This document shows, in pieces, positions 63,938 through 64,000 of a stretch of DNA of 64,000 nucleotides; the first letter of the stretch is position 1; each line of letters begins with the position of its first letter. Source of the DNA: Candidatus Latescibacterota bacterium (GTDB lineage Bacteria; Latescibacterota; UBA2968). Below the pieces are notes generated by a model. It saw only the letters and a program-made list of their open reading frames with translations, searched no databases and was not told the origin of the DNA. The position numbers were made by a program, and so were the translations under genes. The stretch is from the NCBI GenBank assembly GCA_965208125.1, contig OZ242320.1:5472001-5536000 (forward strand). Direction: 5' to 3'.

Positions 63938-64000
63938 TCAGAAACTAAACCTGGCGCCAAACGTAATGTCTCGCCGGTCACTAAAGAGGAGCGAAGGCCG
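63938..64000 (-). CDS. C-terminal end of an outer-membrane barrel, probably a TonB-dependent receptor (truncated by window)
   Basis: The minus frame reads RPSLLFSDRRDITFGARFSF*, ending in Phe. The position fits a TBDR-CTD-PorV operon. Confidence 0.6.
   Translation of the reverse strand, partial: RPSLLFSDRRDITFGARFSF

Overview
This 64 kb bacterial chromosomal window has about 50 CDS, one tRNA-Thr(CGT), and no rRNA, CRISPR array, integrase or phage structural genes. Gene content includes a GWxTD-TPR protein, HEAT and WG repeat proteins, PhyH and Gfo/Idh/MocA paralogues, a DUF6785-like transporter, a C25 gingipain/PorU-like protein, a PorV-like barrel, FlgD-type C-terminal sorting domains and a dockerin-like tail. 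This suggests an FCB-superphylum organism such as Ca. Latescibacterota, possibly host-associated (inference only). The standout feature is 7003..10089 (-), a single intact ORF of about 1028 aa. It strings together, in order, the conserved core motifs of RNA polymerase beta (RpoB) and then beta' (RpoC), including the catalytic NxDFDGD and the GDK..RHGxKG lysines. It lacks the beta lobes, flap, beta' zinc-binding domain, jaw and apparently the trigger loop, so it is a miniaturised single-chain RNAP or RNAP mimic. It is the last gene of a small unit: ECF-type promoter, ECF sigma factor with no anti-sigma, ABC exporter, mini-RNAP, terminator. The rest of the window holds BlaI/BlaR1(M56)-TonB, a TraR/DksA zinc-finger protein, nadC, uvrB, catabolic oxidoreductases, a glycosylation plus C25 block, TonB-dependent receptors, an MNT-HEPN toxin-antitoxin pair beside the tRNA, peptidases, prmA, gmd and a TBDR/CTD/PorV operon. 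All homology calls come from motif recognition by eye, and E. coli residue numbers are from memory. No database searches were run.
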